A DNA stretch of 64,000 nucleotides, taken from an uncultured Gammaproteobacteria bacterium (GTDB lineage Bacteria > Pseudomonadota > Gammaproteobacteria > DRLM01). Below are positions 18,735 to 27,918 of this stretch, in pieces. The notes beneath the pieces are model-generated. The model ran no database searches, had not been told where the DNA came from, and saw only the letters and a program-made list of their open reading frames with translations. How positions within the stretch are numbered: position 1 is the first letter of the stretch; each line of letters opens with the position of its first letter. The stretch lies in assembly GCA_963729605.1 (NCBI GenBank), contig CAVSNY010000003.1, positions 32,001-96,000 of the forward strand, given 5' to 3'. Position numbers and translations under genes: made by a program.

Positions 18735-20525
18735 TCACACCTCGAACTGCAAACTCGCCAGCCGCGCGTAAAGCCCGCTCTGCTTGCGCAAATCGGCCGG
18801 CGTGCCGGTTTCGACGATGCGGCCTTGTTCCAGTACGACGATGCGATCGGCCTTTTGCACGGTAGCGAGGCGGTGGGCGATGATGAGCGTGGTGCGTCCC
18901 TCCATCGCGGCGTTGAGTCCCCGTTGCACCAGAATCTCGGATTCGGCGTCGAGTGCGCTGGTGGCTTCGTCGAGCAGCAACAGCGGCGCGTCTTTCAATA
19001 TCGCGCGGGCGATCGCGATGCGCTGGCGCTGGCCGCCGGAGAGGCGGGTGCCGCGTTCGCCGAGGAAGGTTTGATAACCGTCCGGCAGGCGGTCGATGAA
19101 GACGTCCACCAGGGCGGCCCGCGCGGCGGCCATTACTTCCGCGTCGCTGGCGGCGGGGCGGCCGTAGCGAATATTTTCCAAGGCGTTGGCCGAGAAGATC
19201 ACCGGGTCTTGCGGGACGATGGCGATTTTATCGCGCAAGTCGTGCAAGGAAAGATCGCGGATGTCCTGACCGTTGAGGTGAATGCTGCCCGCCGAGACGT
19301 CGTAAAAACGCAGCAGGAGCTGGAAGAGGGTGGTCTTGCCCGCGCCGGACGGGCCGACCAGCGCTACGCTTGCGCCGGGCGCGATGGTGAGATCAATGTC
19401 GGCAAGGGCCGCGCTGTGCGGCCGCGCCGGATAATAAAACGTCACGTGGTCGAAGCGGAGGGCGGCCTGTTGAGGCTGCACCGGCGCTTGCGGTGCGGTG
19501 CGCTCGAGGATGGCGGATTCGGCGCGCAGCAATTCCAGCAGCCGCTCGGTGGCGCCGGCGGCGCGCATCACGTCGCCCCACACTTCCGCCAGAGTGCCGA
19601 CCCCGCCCGCCACCAAGGCCGCGTAGAGGATGAACGATGCCAGTTCGCCGCCGGTCATCGTACCGTCATGCACCTGGTTGGCGCCCAGCCACAATACGAA
19701 GATGATGGTGCCCATCACCGCGATGATGATCATTGCGGTGAGCGCCGCGCGCACACGGGTGCGGCGGATCGCCGCGGCGAAACTGGTATCGACCCGCTCG
19801 CTGAAGCGTTGGCTTTCGCGCGGCTCCTGGGTATAGGCCTGCACAGTCGGCATCGCATTGAGAATTTCGCCGGCCAGCGCCGAGGCGTCGGCGATTTTGT
19901 CCTGCGACTCGCGCGAGAGTTTGCGGAGTTTGCGGCCGATGAGAAAGATCGGCAGCGCCAGCAGGGCCATCAGACCGAGGTTGATGGAGAATAAATAAAA
20001 GCTGGTGACCGCCAGCATGATCATGCCGCCGATGAATTGGAACAGGCTGCGCAGGCCCATCGAAATCGAACTGCCGACCACGGTCTGGATCAGCGTGGTG
20101 TCGCCGGTCAGCCGCGACAGCACCTCGCCGGTTTGCAGGGTCTCGAAAAATTGCGGCGACTGGCGCAGCATCCGCGCGTAGACCGCGCTGCGCAAATCCG
20201 CGGTCACCCGTTCGCCGACCCAGGTGACGGCGTAATAACGCGCCGACACCGCCAGCGCCCACAGGCTGGCCAGCCCGAACAGCGCGGCGAAGTGGCCGTT
20301 CAGGCTGAGCGCGCCCAATAATCCGTCATTGGTTTTGCCGCCCTGACCGAAACCGAAATCGATGAGGTCGCGAAACGCGAGCGGCACCAGCAGTATCGTG
20401 CCCGATCCGAGACACAGCAACAGAAAGGCCAGCGTCATCTGGCGGCGGTAAGGCCGCAGGAAAGGCCACAAATCCCGCAGAACGGATAAGCGGCGCGGCG
20501 CGGCGGACGGGGCGGAAGTGGAGAT
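18735..20525 (-). CDS. ABC exporter, fused TMD-NBD (MsbA/ABCB-like)
   Basis: 6-TM domain, [27 protein letters not shown]; start is either TTG 20471 or an SD-preceded ATC at 20525. Confidence 0.9.
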   Translation of the reverse strand: MSTSAPSAAPRRLSVLRDLWPFLRPYRRQMTLAFLLLCLGSGTILLVPLAFRDLIDFGFGQGGKTNDGLLGALSLNGHFAALFGLASLWALAVSARYYAVTWVGERVTADLRSAVYARMLRQSPQFFETLQTGEVLSRLTGDTTLIQTVVGSSISMGLRSLFQFIGGMIMLAVTSFYLFSINLGLMALLALPIFLIGRKLRKLSRESQDKIADASALAGEILNAMPTVQAYTQEPRESQRFSERVDTSFAAAIRRTRVRAALTAMIIIAVMGTIIFVLWLGANQVHDGTMTGGELASFILYAALVAGGVGTLAEVWGDVMRAAGATERLLELLRAESAILERTAPQAPVQPQQAALRFDHVTFYYPARPHSAALADIDLTIAPGASVALVGPSGAGKTTLFQLLLRFYDVSAGSIHLNGQDIRDLSLHDLRDKIAIVPQDPVIFSANALENIRYGRPAASDAEVMAAARAALVDVFIDRLPDGYQTFLGERGTRLSGGQRQRIAIARAILKDAPLLLLDEATSALDAESEILVQRGLNAAMEGRTTLIIAHRLATVQKADRIVVLEQGRIVETGTPADLRKQSGLYARLASLQFEV

Positions 20526-20734
20526 GGCGTAACCTCTGCTGGCTTGATTTGGATGATGACGACAGTGCGTTTACTGTAGCAGATTCACCCGCTCGACGAT
20601 GCGCTGGCGGGGATGGCTGCACCGCGGTTTGCTGTATGCTGGTACCATGGACTTTTTAGTCATGGTCCGTTGCTAAGCCGCGGACATTCAGCCAACAACC
20701 CATCTTCAACCAACATGGTTTAACATACCGGATC

Positions 20735-21202
20735 ATGATGTCGGCCGTCGTTACTCCCTTTCTTATCGCTCACATCGGCTTGTTGCGTGACAGCTACCGG
20801 CATTGGACCGGCGCAAGCCTGCTGCCGCCAAGCCTCGATCCGCTCGCCGCCGTGCGCGCCCTCGACGAGGCGCCGTTCGCGGTGGTGTCGCATGGCACGC
20901 AGCCCGATCCGATTTTTAATTACGGCAACCGTCTCGCCTTGAGCCTGTTCGAAATGGACTGGAATGAATTTACCCGTCTGCCCTCGCGGCTGTCCGCGGA
21001 GGCGGTCAATCAAGCCGAACGGCGGCAACTGCTGGCGCAAGTCAGCGCCCAGGGTTATTCGGACGATTACTGCGGAATACGCATCGCCAAAACCGGCCGG
21101 CGTTTCCTGATCCGCGCCGCCACGATATGGAATCTGGTCGATGGTGAAGACGGTTATCACGGTCAAGCGGCGGTGATCCGCGCGTGGGAGGACCTAGCAT
21201 AG
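20735..21202 (+). CDS. Stand-alone MEKHLA (PAS-like) domain protein
   Basis: APFAVVSHGTQPDPIFNYGN...LFEMDW...LPSRLSAE...GIRIAKTGRRFLI...WNL signature. Confidence 0.85.
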   Translation: MMSAVVTPFLIAHIGLLRDSYRHWTGASLLPPSLDPLAAVRALDEAPFAVVSHGTQPDPIFNYGNRLALSLFEMDWNEFTRLPSRLSAEAVNQAERRQLLAQVSAQGYSDDYCGIRIAKTGRRFLIRAATIWNLVDGEDGYHGQAAVIRAWEDLA

Positions 21203-21226
21203 GGCGGCCACGCGATCGCGCCGCCG

Positions 21227-21835
21227 CTATTTGGCGGCGGCTTCCATCTCCCTCGCTGCCTGCACGGCGGGACGGCCGCCGACGCGGGCGAGATAATCGC
21301 CGATCTTCGGCCAGCGCTGCAAATCGATATTGAGGGGTTTAGCCCAACTGAGCACGGTGAACAGATAGGCATCCGCGACGGTGAAGTTATCGCCCATTAA
21401 AAAAGATTTTTCGCGCAGACGCTGTTCGACATGATCGAAGCGTCGCGCCAATTGAGTGATTTGGGCTTCGCGCGCCGCGGGTGTAATGTCGGGTTTGAAC
21501 AGCGGGCTGAAGACTTTGTGGATCTCGGTGCTGATGAAGTGCAGCCACTCCATCAAGCGGTAACGCGCCATCGTGCCGGCGGGCGGCGCCAGTCCGGATT
21601 CCGGCTTTTGATCGGCGAGATATTGCAGAATCACCGCGGCCTCGGTGAGCACTTGGCCGTCATCCAGGCGCAGGGCGGGAACGTAGCCCTTGGGATTAAT
21701 ATCGTTATAGTCTTCACCGCCCGCGGTCTTGCGGGTGCTCCGATCGAGTTTGTCCACTTCATGCTTAAAACCCGCTTCATGCAGGATGACGTGGGGGGCG
21801 AACGAACAGGCGCCGGGCATATAATAGAGTTTCAT
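21227..21835 (-). CDS. gstA: Glutathione S-transferase (beta class)
   Basis: MKLYYMPGACS, INPKGYVPAL, FISTEIHK, FTVADAYLF. Confidence 0.9.
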   Translation of the reverse strand: MKLYYMPGACSFAPHVILHEAGFKHEVDKLDRSTRKTAGGEDYNDINPKGYVPALRLDDGQVLTEAAVILQYLADQKPESGLAPPAGTMARYRLMEWLHFISTEIHKVFSPLFKPDITPAAREAQITQLARRFDHVEQRLREKSFLMGDNFTVADAYLFTVLSWAKPLNIDLQRWPKIGDYLARVGGRPAVQAAREMEAAAK

Positions 21836-22072
21836 CTGAATTCCTTTCCATATGGCTGGTATTTGTCGCGGGTCAGCATTTTATCGAGGGTAGTGCCGGC
21901 GGGGCGGCCGCTACAGATTAACCGATCACGGCTTGCTTGCCACGCCTTGTCAACGATGGACCACGCTAGTTCATACTCTACACACGGTTCGTGTTCGATA
22001 GCGAATATCCGTCCGACGCCGCTGGTATGGCGTATGATTCAAATATTCTTCGCCATTCTCCGGGAGGTGGTT

Positions 22073-23302
22073 ATGTCCGCCAGGAATATTAAGGGAACAT
22101 GTTTAGCGCGGCCCCGCGCTTTGCTGGGGCTGGTGTTGGCGCTGTGCGGATCGCCGACCGTGCTGGCGAATACCGACGCGCTCACGCTGGTCGAACAACA
22201 AATCACGGTCGCGGGCGAGCCGCGGGTGGTGCGGGTGCCCGAGGGTTATCGCCTCGAGCTGCTCGCCGTTCTGGAAGAGCCGCGTCTGCCCAGCTTCGCC
22301 GCCAACGGCGATCTCTTCATTCCTTCCAAGTCGGGTAAAGTGTATCGGCTGCCGCCGCCGTATACCCGGCCGGAGGTGCTGGTGACGCTTAACCGTTATC
22401 CTCACAGCATCGCGTTTCGCGGCGCCGAGGTGTTGATCGCCCAGACCAACGGCGTGTATCGCGCGGCGTATCGGCCCGGCCAGGCGCGTATCGTGCGTGA
22501 CGACGTGTCGCTGCTCGCGGCTTTGCCCGGCGGCCGGGGACACAGCAGCCGCACGGTGGGCGTCGGCCCCGACGGCCGTGTCTACGCCAGCCTGGGTATC
22601 AGCGGCAATTGCAGCGATCAATATCTCGGCGAGGGTTATCCCTTCGAGGAGCAGCGTGGCGGGGTACTGGTGCTGCGCGAGGACGTGAAGCCGCCGCGCT
22701 GGGAAACCTATGCCAGCGGGCTGCGTAATCCGGTGGGTTTCGCCTGGCATCCGCGCACCGGTGTGTTATACGCCAGCAACAACGGTCCGGATCATCAGGG
22801 ATTCGATCAGCCGCCGGAATATTTCAGCCGTCTCGGCGCCGGGTCGTTTCACGGCATGCCGTGGTTTCAATTCGACGGCAAGACGCTGCGCCGCGACGAT
22901 TGCATAACGCGCGTGCCGCCGCGGCCGATGGGTGATGTTACGCTTCCGGTGGCGACCTTTCCGTCGCGCAATGCGCCGCTGGGAATGGCCTTCGTGCCGC
23001 AAGGCGCGCTGGATCCGCGTTTGGAATTCGACGCGGTGGTGGCTTTGCACGGCTCATGGGGCACGCAGCCCAGCGGCGGTTTCATCGGCGACGCGGCCTC
23101 GCGCCGTCCGCCCAAGCTGGTGGCGGTGCGTTTCGAGCAAGGTGAAGCCAAACGTGTCGATGATCTTGTCACCGGTTTTCAATTGGCGGATGGCAAACGC
23201 TGGGCGCGCCCAGCGGGCGTGGCAATCGGCCCCGATGGCGCTTTGTATTTCACGAGCGATGACGAGACGAGCGGCTTGTTTCGGCTTCAACGTGTGCGGT
23301 GA
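22073..23302 (+). CDS. PQQ-dependent glucose/sorbosone dehydrogenase-family beta-propeller, exported
   Basis: SD GGAGG then ATG 22073; signal peptide; ASGLRNPVG, VALHGSW, RPAGVAIGPDGALYFTSD. Confidence 0.82.
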   Translation: MSARNIKGTCLARPRALLGLVLALCGSPTVLANTDALTLVEQQITVAGEPRVVRVPEGYRLELLAVLEEPRLPSFAANGDLFIPSKSGKVYRLPPPYTRPEVLVTLNRYPHSIAFRGAEVLIAQTNGVYRAAYRPGQARIVRDDVSLLAALPGGRGHSSRTVGVGPDGRVYASLGISGNCSDQYLGEGYPFEEQRGGVLVLREDVKPPRWETYASGLRNPVGFAWHPRTGVLYASNNGPDHQGFDQPPEYFSRLGAGSFHGMPWFQFDGKTLRRDDCITRVPPRPMGDVTLPVATFPSRNAPLGMAFVPQGALDPRLEFDAVVALHGSWGTQPSGGFIGDAASRRPPKLVAVRFEQGEAKRVDDLVTGFQLADGKRWARPAGVAIGPDGALYFTSDDETSGLFRLQRVR

Positions 23303-23364
23303 CTCGACGCCGTCCTACGGTCAATGGCAAGCCGGGTCGTTTTAAGGAACTCTAAAAATCGTTC

Positions 23365-23429
23365 AGCCGCCAAGGTCGCCAATAAAAATTTCGGCGATTA
23401 CCAGAGAACTCTTGGCGTTCTTAGCGGCT
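23365..23429. repeat. Short inverted repeat built from tandem CGCCAAG units
   Basis: AGCCGCCAAGGTCGCCAA (23365-23382) vs TTGGCGTTCTTAGCGGCT (23412-23429), 15 of 18 complementary. Confidence 0.6.
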
Positions 23430-23470
23430 CCATATGATAATCCCGAAAAATTCACGGAACAGGAGGTAGC

Positions 23471-24547
23471 ATGTCTTTGTTGTTTTCGACGTTTCAATTG
23501 GGTTCCCTGCAATTGCAAAACCGTTTGGTGATGGCGCCGATGACCCGCAATCGCGCCATCGGCAACGTCCCCAATGAATTGATGGTGGAGTATTACCGCC
23601 AGCGGGCGTCGGCGGGATTGATCATTACCGAAGGCACCTCGCCGTCGCCCAACGGCCTGGGTTATGCGCGCATCCCGGGTATTTTTTCCGAGGCGCAGGT
23701 GGCGGGCTGGCGTGCCGTCACCGCGGCCGTGCATCGGGGCGGCGCGAAATTTTTTATGCAGTTGATGCACACCGGACGGATCGGTCATGCCTTGAATCTG
23801 CCGGCCGGCGCGCGGGTGCTGGGGCCGTCGGCGGTGGCCGCCGCCGGCGAGATGTACACCGATACGCAAGGCATGCAGCCGCAGCCGGTGCCGGAGGCGA
23901 TGAGTGACGCTGATATCAAGACCGCCGTCGCCGAGTTCGCGCAGGCGGCGCGCAATGCGATGCAGGCGGGTTTCGACGGGATAGAGCTGCATGGCGCCAA
24001 CGGTTATTTGCTGGAGCAGTTCATCCGCCCGAATTCCAATCAGCGTCAGGATAATTACGGTGGCGGCATCGAGAACCGCGCGCGTTTCGTACTGGAGGTG
24101 GTGGACGCGGTGAGCGCGGCGATCGGCAAGGACAAGGTCGGCATCCGTTTGTCGCCTTACGGGGTGTTCAACGACATGCCGCTCTATGACGCGATGGAGG
24201 CCGATTACATTTATCTGGCCCGGCAGCTCGACGCGCGCGGTGTGGTGTACGTGCATCTGGTCGATCACACCGCGATGGGCGCGCCGGCGGTGCCCGCGTC
24301 GATCAAGGATGCCATCCGCAAATATTTTCGCGGCGTATTGATCCTCTCGGGCGGTTACGACGCGGTGCGGGCCGAGGCCGATCTGGCCGCGGGCAAGGCC
24401 GACTTGATTGCGGTGGCGCGGCCTTTTCTCGCCAATCCCGACCTGCCGGCGCGTTGGCGGACGCGGGCGGCCTTGAACGAACCCGACTTCAGCACCTTCT
24501 ATACGCCGGGAGAAAAGGGCTATATCGATTATCCCGCCTTGACGTAA
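23471..24547 (+). CDS. nemA: Alkene reductase (old yellow enzyme family)
   Basis: NRLVMAPMTR, YYRQRASAGLIITEG, ELHGANGYL, GIRLSP, GYIDYP. Confidence 0.88.
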   Translation: MSLLFSTFQLGSLQLQNRLVMAPMTRNRAIGNVPNELMVEYYRQRASAGLIITEGTSPSPNGLGYARIPGIFSEAQVAGWRAVTAAVHRGGAKFFMQLMHTGRIGHALNLPAGARVLGPSAVAAAGEMYTDTQGMQPQPVPEAMSDADIKTAVAEFAQAARNAMQAGFDGIELHGANGYLLEQFIRPNSNQRQDNYGGGIENRARFVLEVVDAVSAAIGKDKVGIRLSPYGVFNDMPLYDAMEADYIYLARQLDARGVVYVHLVDHTAMGAPAVPASIKDAIRKYFRGVLILSGGYDAVRAEADLAAGKADLIAVARPFLANPDLPARWRTRAALNEPDFSTFYTPGEKGYIDYPALT

Positions 24548-24567
24548 CGGGATCTGTCTACCGAGCG

Positions 24568-24604
24568 CCTTCCCCCTCACCCTCTCCCGCTCGCGGGAGA
24601 GGGG
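24568..24604. repeat. CCCTCTCCC/GGGAGAGGG palindromic repeat, copy 1
   Basis: CCCTCTCCCGC-TC-GCGGGAGAGGG with a pyrimidine-rich 5' flank. Confidence 0.75.
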
Positions 24605-24836
24605 TTGAGAACGGGGGTGAAAACTGTCCGATTATCGATGGCCGAGGATCAAACGGGAGAAGACGATTTATTAGGTCGAACATCGCGGCGAATCGGATGA
24701 AACGCGACGGCGACCCGGTGATGGTTCGACGCGCGGCGCGGCGGGGTTCGCGAGCGGGCCGTCATGCGGATGGAATCGGCGGCCGGTGTAATTCGACGCA
24801 AGACGTCCGCGCCGTTACCCGCTACAATACGGCCCC

Positions 24837-25952
24837 ATGTCTGGTAACAGCTTCGGCACCTTATTTACTGTCACATCCTTCGGCGAGAGCCACGGCCCGG
24901 CGCTGGGCGCCATCGTGGACGGCTGTCCGCCGGGCATGACCTTGAGCGAGGCGGATATCCAACACGATCTGGACCGCCGCAAGCCCGGCACCTCGCGCCA
25001 CACCACCCAGCGCCGCGAGCCCGACGCGGTGCAGATACTCTCCGGGGTGTTCGAGGGCAAGACCACCGGCACGCCCATCGGCCTGTTGATTCACAACGAA
25101 GATCAGCGTTCCAAGGATTATTCCAAGATCGCCGGGCAGTTCCGGCCCGGCCACGCCGACTACACGTATCAGCAGAAATACGGTTTCCGCGATTACCGCG
25201 GCGGCGGCCGTTCCTCGGCGCGCGAGACCGCGATGCGCGTCGCGGCGGGCGCCATCGCCAAGAAATATCTGCGCGAGCGTTACGGCGTGGAGATCCGCGG
25301 CTATCTCGCCCAGCTCGGGCCGATCCGCACCGATGATCGTGCCTTCGATTGGAACGAGGTCGATAACAATTTCTTCTTCTGTCCCGACGCGAATAAGGTG
25401 GCGGAACTCGAGGCCTACATGGACGCGCTGCGCAAGGAGGGCGACTCCATCGGCGCGCGCATCAATGTGGTGGCCGCCGGTGTGCCGCCGGGCTGGGGCG
25501 AGCCGGTGTTCGATCGGTTGGATGCCGACATCGCCAAGGCGCTGATGTGCATCAACGCCGTGAAGGGCGTCGAGGTCGGCGCCGGTTTCGCCAGCGTCGA
25601 GCAGAAGGGCACGCAGCACCGCGACGAGATCACGCCACAGGGCTTTTTGAGCAATAACGCGGGCGGGGTACTCGGCGGCATTTCCACGGGGCAGGACATC
25701 GTCGCGAGCCTCGCGCTGAAACCGACCTCGAGCCTGCGTCTGCCCGGCCGCAGCGTCGATATCCACGGCGAACCGGTGGAGGTCATCACCACCGGCCGCC
25801 ACGATCCCTGCGTCGGCATCCGCGCCACGCCCATCGCCGAGGCCATGCTGGCGCTGGTATTGATGGATCACTGCCTGCGCCATCGCGCGCAGAATCCGGA
25901 CGTGCGTTCGGATACGCCGGTGATTCCCGCCCGCGCGCCCGGCGCGGAATAG
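24837..25952 (+). CDS. aroC: Chorismate synthase
   Basis: [31 protein letters not shown]. Confidence 0.97.
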   Translation: MSGNSFGTLFTVTSFGESHGPALGAIVDGCPPGMTLSEADIQHDLDRRKPGTSRHTTQRREPDAVQILSGVFEGKTTGTPIGLLIHNEDQRSKDYSKIAGQFRPGHADYTYQQKYGFRDYRGGGRSSARETAMRVAAGAIAKKYLRERYGVEIRGYLAQLGPIRTDDRAFDWNEVDNNFFFCPDANKVAELEAYMDALRKEGDSIGARINVVAAGVPPGWGEPVFDRLDADIAKALMCINAVKGVEVGAGFASVEQKGTQHRDEITPQGFLSNNAGGVLGGISTGQDIVASLALKPTSSLRLPGRSVDIHGEPVEVITTGRHDPCVGIRATPIAEAMLALVLMDHCLRHRAQNPDVRSDTPVIPARAPGAE

Positions 25953-26008
25953 CGGGCGGCCTCGGCCGTGCCGCGCCCTCGTTTCACTTGAATTCCAGCG
26001 AGCGATCC

Positions 26009-27148
26009 ATGCCGGTGCCTTATTGGAGGCTCTCTGGCTTTTATCTGTTTTATTTCGCGTCCCTCGGCGCGCTGCTGCCTTATTGGTCGCTGTATTTGGA
26101 GAACCTCGGATTTTCCGCGGTGGCCATCGGCCAGTTGATGGCGCTGATGATGATGACCAAGATCGTCTCGCCCAATGTGTGGGGTTGGATCGCCGATCAC
26201 ACCGGCCGGCGCATGCGCATCGTGCGGCTGGGATCGCTCGCCGCGGCGCTGACCTTCGCCGGGGTGCTGTTGGGCGATGAATTCTGGTGGCTGGCGCTGG
26301 TGATGATCGCCTTCAGTTTTTTTTGGAACGCGGCGCTGCCGCAATTTGAAGTCATTACCCTCAATCATCTCGGCGCGCAGTCGCATCGTTACACCAATAT
26401 CCGTCTGTGGGGGTCCATCGGCTTCATCGGCGCCGTGGCGGGTTTGGGTATGTTGCTCGATCGCTTCGGCACCGGGTTATTGCCCATGGCGCTGCTGACG
26501 CTGTTCGCGGCCATTTGGCTGAGTACCTTGTGGGTGCCGGAGCGCGCCGCGCCGGCGATGCCGGCGGTCCATGAACCGTTGAGCCGGGTGTTGCGGCAAC
26601 CGCAGGTTCTGGCGCTGCTGGGTGTGTGTTTTTTGATGCAGGCCAGTCACGGGCCTTATTACACCTTTTATACGATTTATCTCGAAGGCCACGGTTATTC
26701 GCGCAGCCTGATCGGCCAGTTGTGGGCGTTGGGGGTGATCGCCGAGGTGGGAATTTTTCTGGTGATGCACCGCCTGGTGCCGCGCTTCGGTTTGCGCAAG
26801 CTGCTGCTGGCCAGCGTGGCCTTGGCGGGGCTGCGCTGGTTGCTGATCGCCTGGTTCGTGGACAGCTTGCCGGTGTTGGTGGGCGCGCAACTTTTGCATG
26901 CCGCGACCTTCGGGGTGTTTCACGGCGTGGCGATTCAGTTGATACACCGTTATTTTCAGGGACGTCATCAAGGGCGCGGTCAGGCTTTATATAGTAGTCT
27001 GAGTTTTGGCGCGGGCGGGGCCTTGGGCGCCTTGTACAGCGGCTTCACCTGGGACGCCGCGGGACCCACGGTGAGTTATGTCACCGCGGCGTTGATCAGC
27101 GGGTTGGCGTGGCTGTTGGCGTGGCGTACGCTGCGGGTATCGCACTGA
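26009..27148 (+). CDS. MFS transporter (MFS_1-like/HcaT-like)
   Basis: About 12 TM, PYWRLSGFY, IRLWGSIGF, QLLHAATFG; family commonly found after aroC. Confidence 0.85.
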   Translation: MPVPYWRLSGFYLFYFASLGALLPYWSLYLENLGFSAVAIGQLMALMMMTKIVSPNVWGWIADHTGRRMRIVRLGSLAAALTFAGVLLGDEFWWLALVMIAFSFFWNAALPQFEVITLNHLGAQSHRYTNIRLWGSIGFIGAVAGLGMLLDRFGTGLLPMALLTLFAAIWLSTLWVPERAAPAMPAVHEPLSRVLRQPQVLALLGVCFLMQASHGPYYTFYTIYLEGHGYSRSLIGQLWALGVIAEVGIFLVMHRLVPRFGLRKLLLASVALAGLRWLLIAWFVDSLPVLVGAQLLHAATFGVFHGVAIQLIHRYFQGRHQGRGQALYSSLSFGAGGALGALYSGFTWDAAGPTVSYVTAALISGLAWLLAWRTLRVSH

Positions 27149-27170
27149 CGCCGTCATGGGCCGTGAGAAA

Positions 27171-27199
27171 TTGACGGGATGGCGGGGGATGCGTATCAT
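27171..27199 (+). promoter_or_regulatory. Sigma70 promoter of the tRNA cluster
   Basis: TTGACG, 17 bp, TATCAT, followed by a GC-rich discriminator. Confidence 0.7.
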
Positions 27200-27261
27200 C
27201 GCCGACTTCGCACGGACCTGGGTTTCACGAGGGAGTGAAGACCGCCTTGTGAATGGATGAG

Positions 27262-27338
27262 CGGGGTATAGCGCAGTCTGGTAGCGCGCCTGCTTTGGGA
27301 GCAGGAAGTCGTGGGTTCGAATCCCTCTACCCCGACCA
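27262..27338 (+). tRNA. tRNA-Pro(TGG)
   Basis: Cloverleaf, anticodon loop TT-TGG-GA, GTTCGAAT, 3' CCA. Confidence 0.96.
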
Positions 27339-27496
27339 CTTAGCGGGCGGACCTGCGAGGCGACCAGTTGGGACTTGACCGCAGGTGTCGTGTAAGGCTT
27401 GGCCCGTGAGTTCACCGCTTTAATGAGGCGGAATCGAGTTCAACGAGGTGAAGCAACAGCGCCATGATAGAGGGCAGGCGGCTGTTCGCAATGTCT

Positions 27497-27573
27497 GCGC
27501 CCGTAGCTCATCTGGACAGAGCATCGGCCTTCTAAGCCGAGGGTAGCAGGTTCGAGTCCTGCCGGGCGCGCCA
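27497..27573 (+). tRNA. tRNA-Arg(TCT)
   Basis: Anticodon arm TCGGC-CT-TCT-AA-GCCGA, 3' CCA. Confidence 0.96.
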
Positions 27574-27625
27574 ATCTTTGATATGATGCGCGCGCGGTGC
27601 AGCGACTGTCCGCGAACGGTTTAAT

Positions 27626-27702
27626 GGTGGGCGTAGCTCAGTTGGTAGAGCCCCGGATTGTGATTCCGGTTGTCGCGGGTTCGAGTCCCGTCGTCCACCC
27701 CA
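27626..27702 (+). tRNA. tRNA-His(GTG)
   Basis: G-1 present, arm CCGGA-TT-GTG-AT-TCCGG, 3' CCA. Confidence 0.96.
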
Positions 27703-27764
27703 CTTTAATACTTGTATTGCCGGGTCCGTCGGCAATGCCTGGATAAAGATTTTTAGCGAGTTGC

Positions 27765-27840
27765 GGGCCATTAGCTCAATTGGTAGAGCAGCGGACTCTT
27801 AATCCGTTGGTTGTAGGTTCAAGTCCTACATGGCCCACCA
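27765..27840 (+). tRNA. tRNA-Lys(CTT)
   Basis: Arm GCGGA-CT-CTT-AA-TCCGT, 3' CCA. Confidence 0.96.
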
Positions 27841-27918
27841 AATAGTTCGCTCTTTATCTCAAATCTTCTTGCGCGCCCCCTAAAAATAAAGGCATGCTAA
27901 TCGTCCGATATTTGGCCT

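Noticed and set aside
21431-22072. N-terminal 214 aa of the 623-aa ORF, suggesting a fusion protein
   Set aside because: It overlaps gstA antisense; a strong SD and signal peptide mark the real start at 22073
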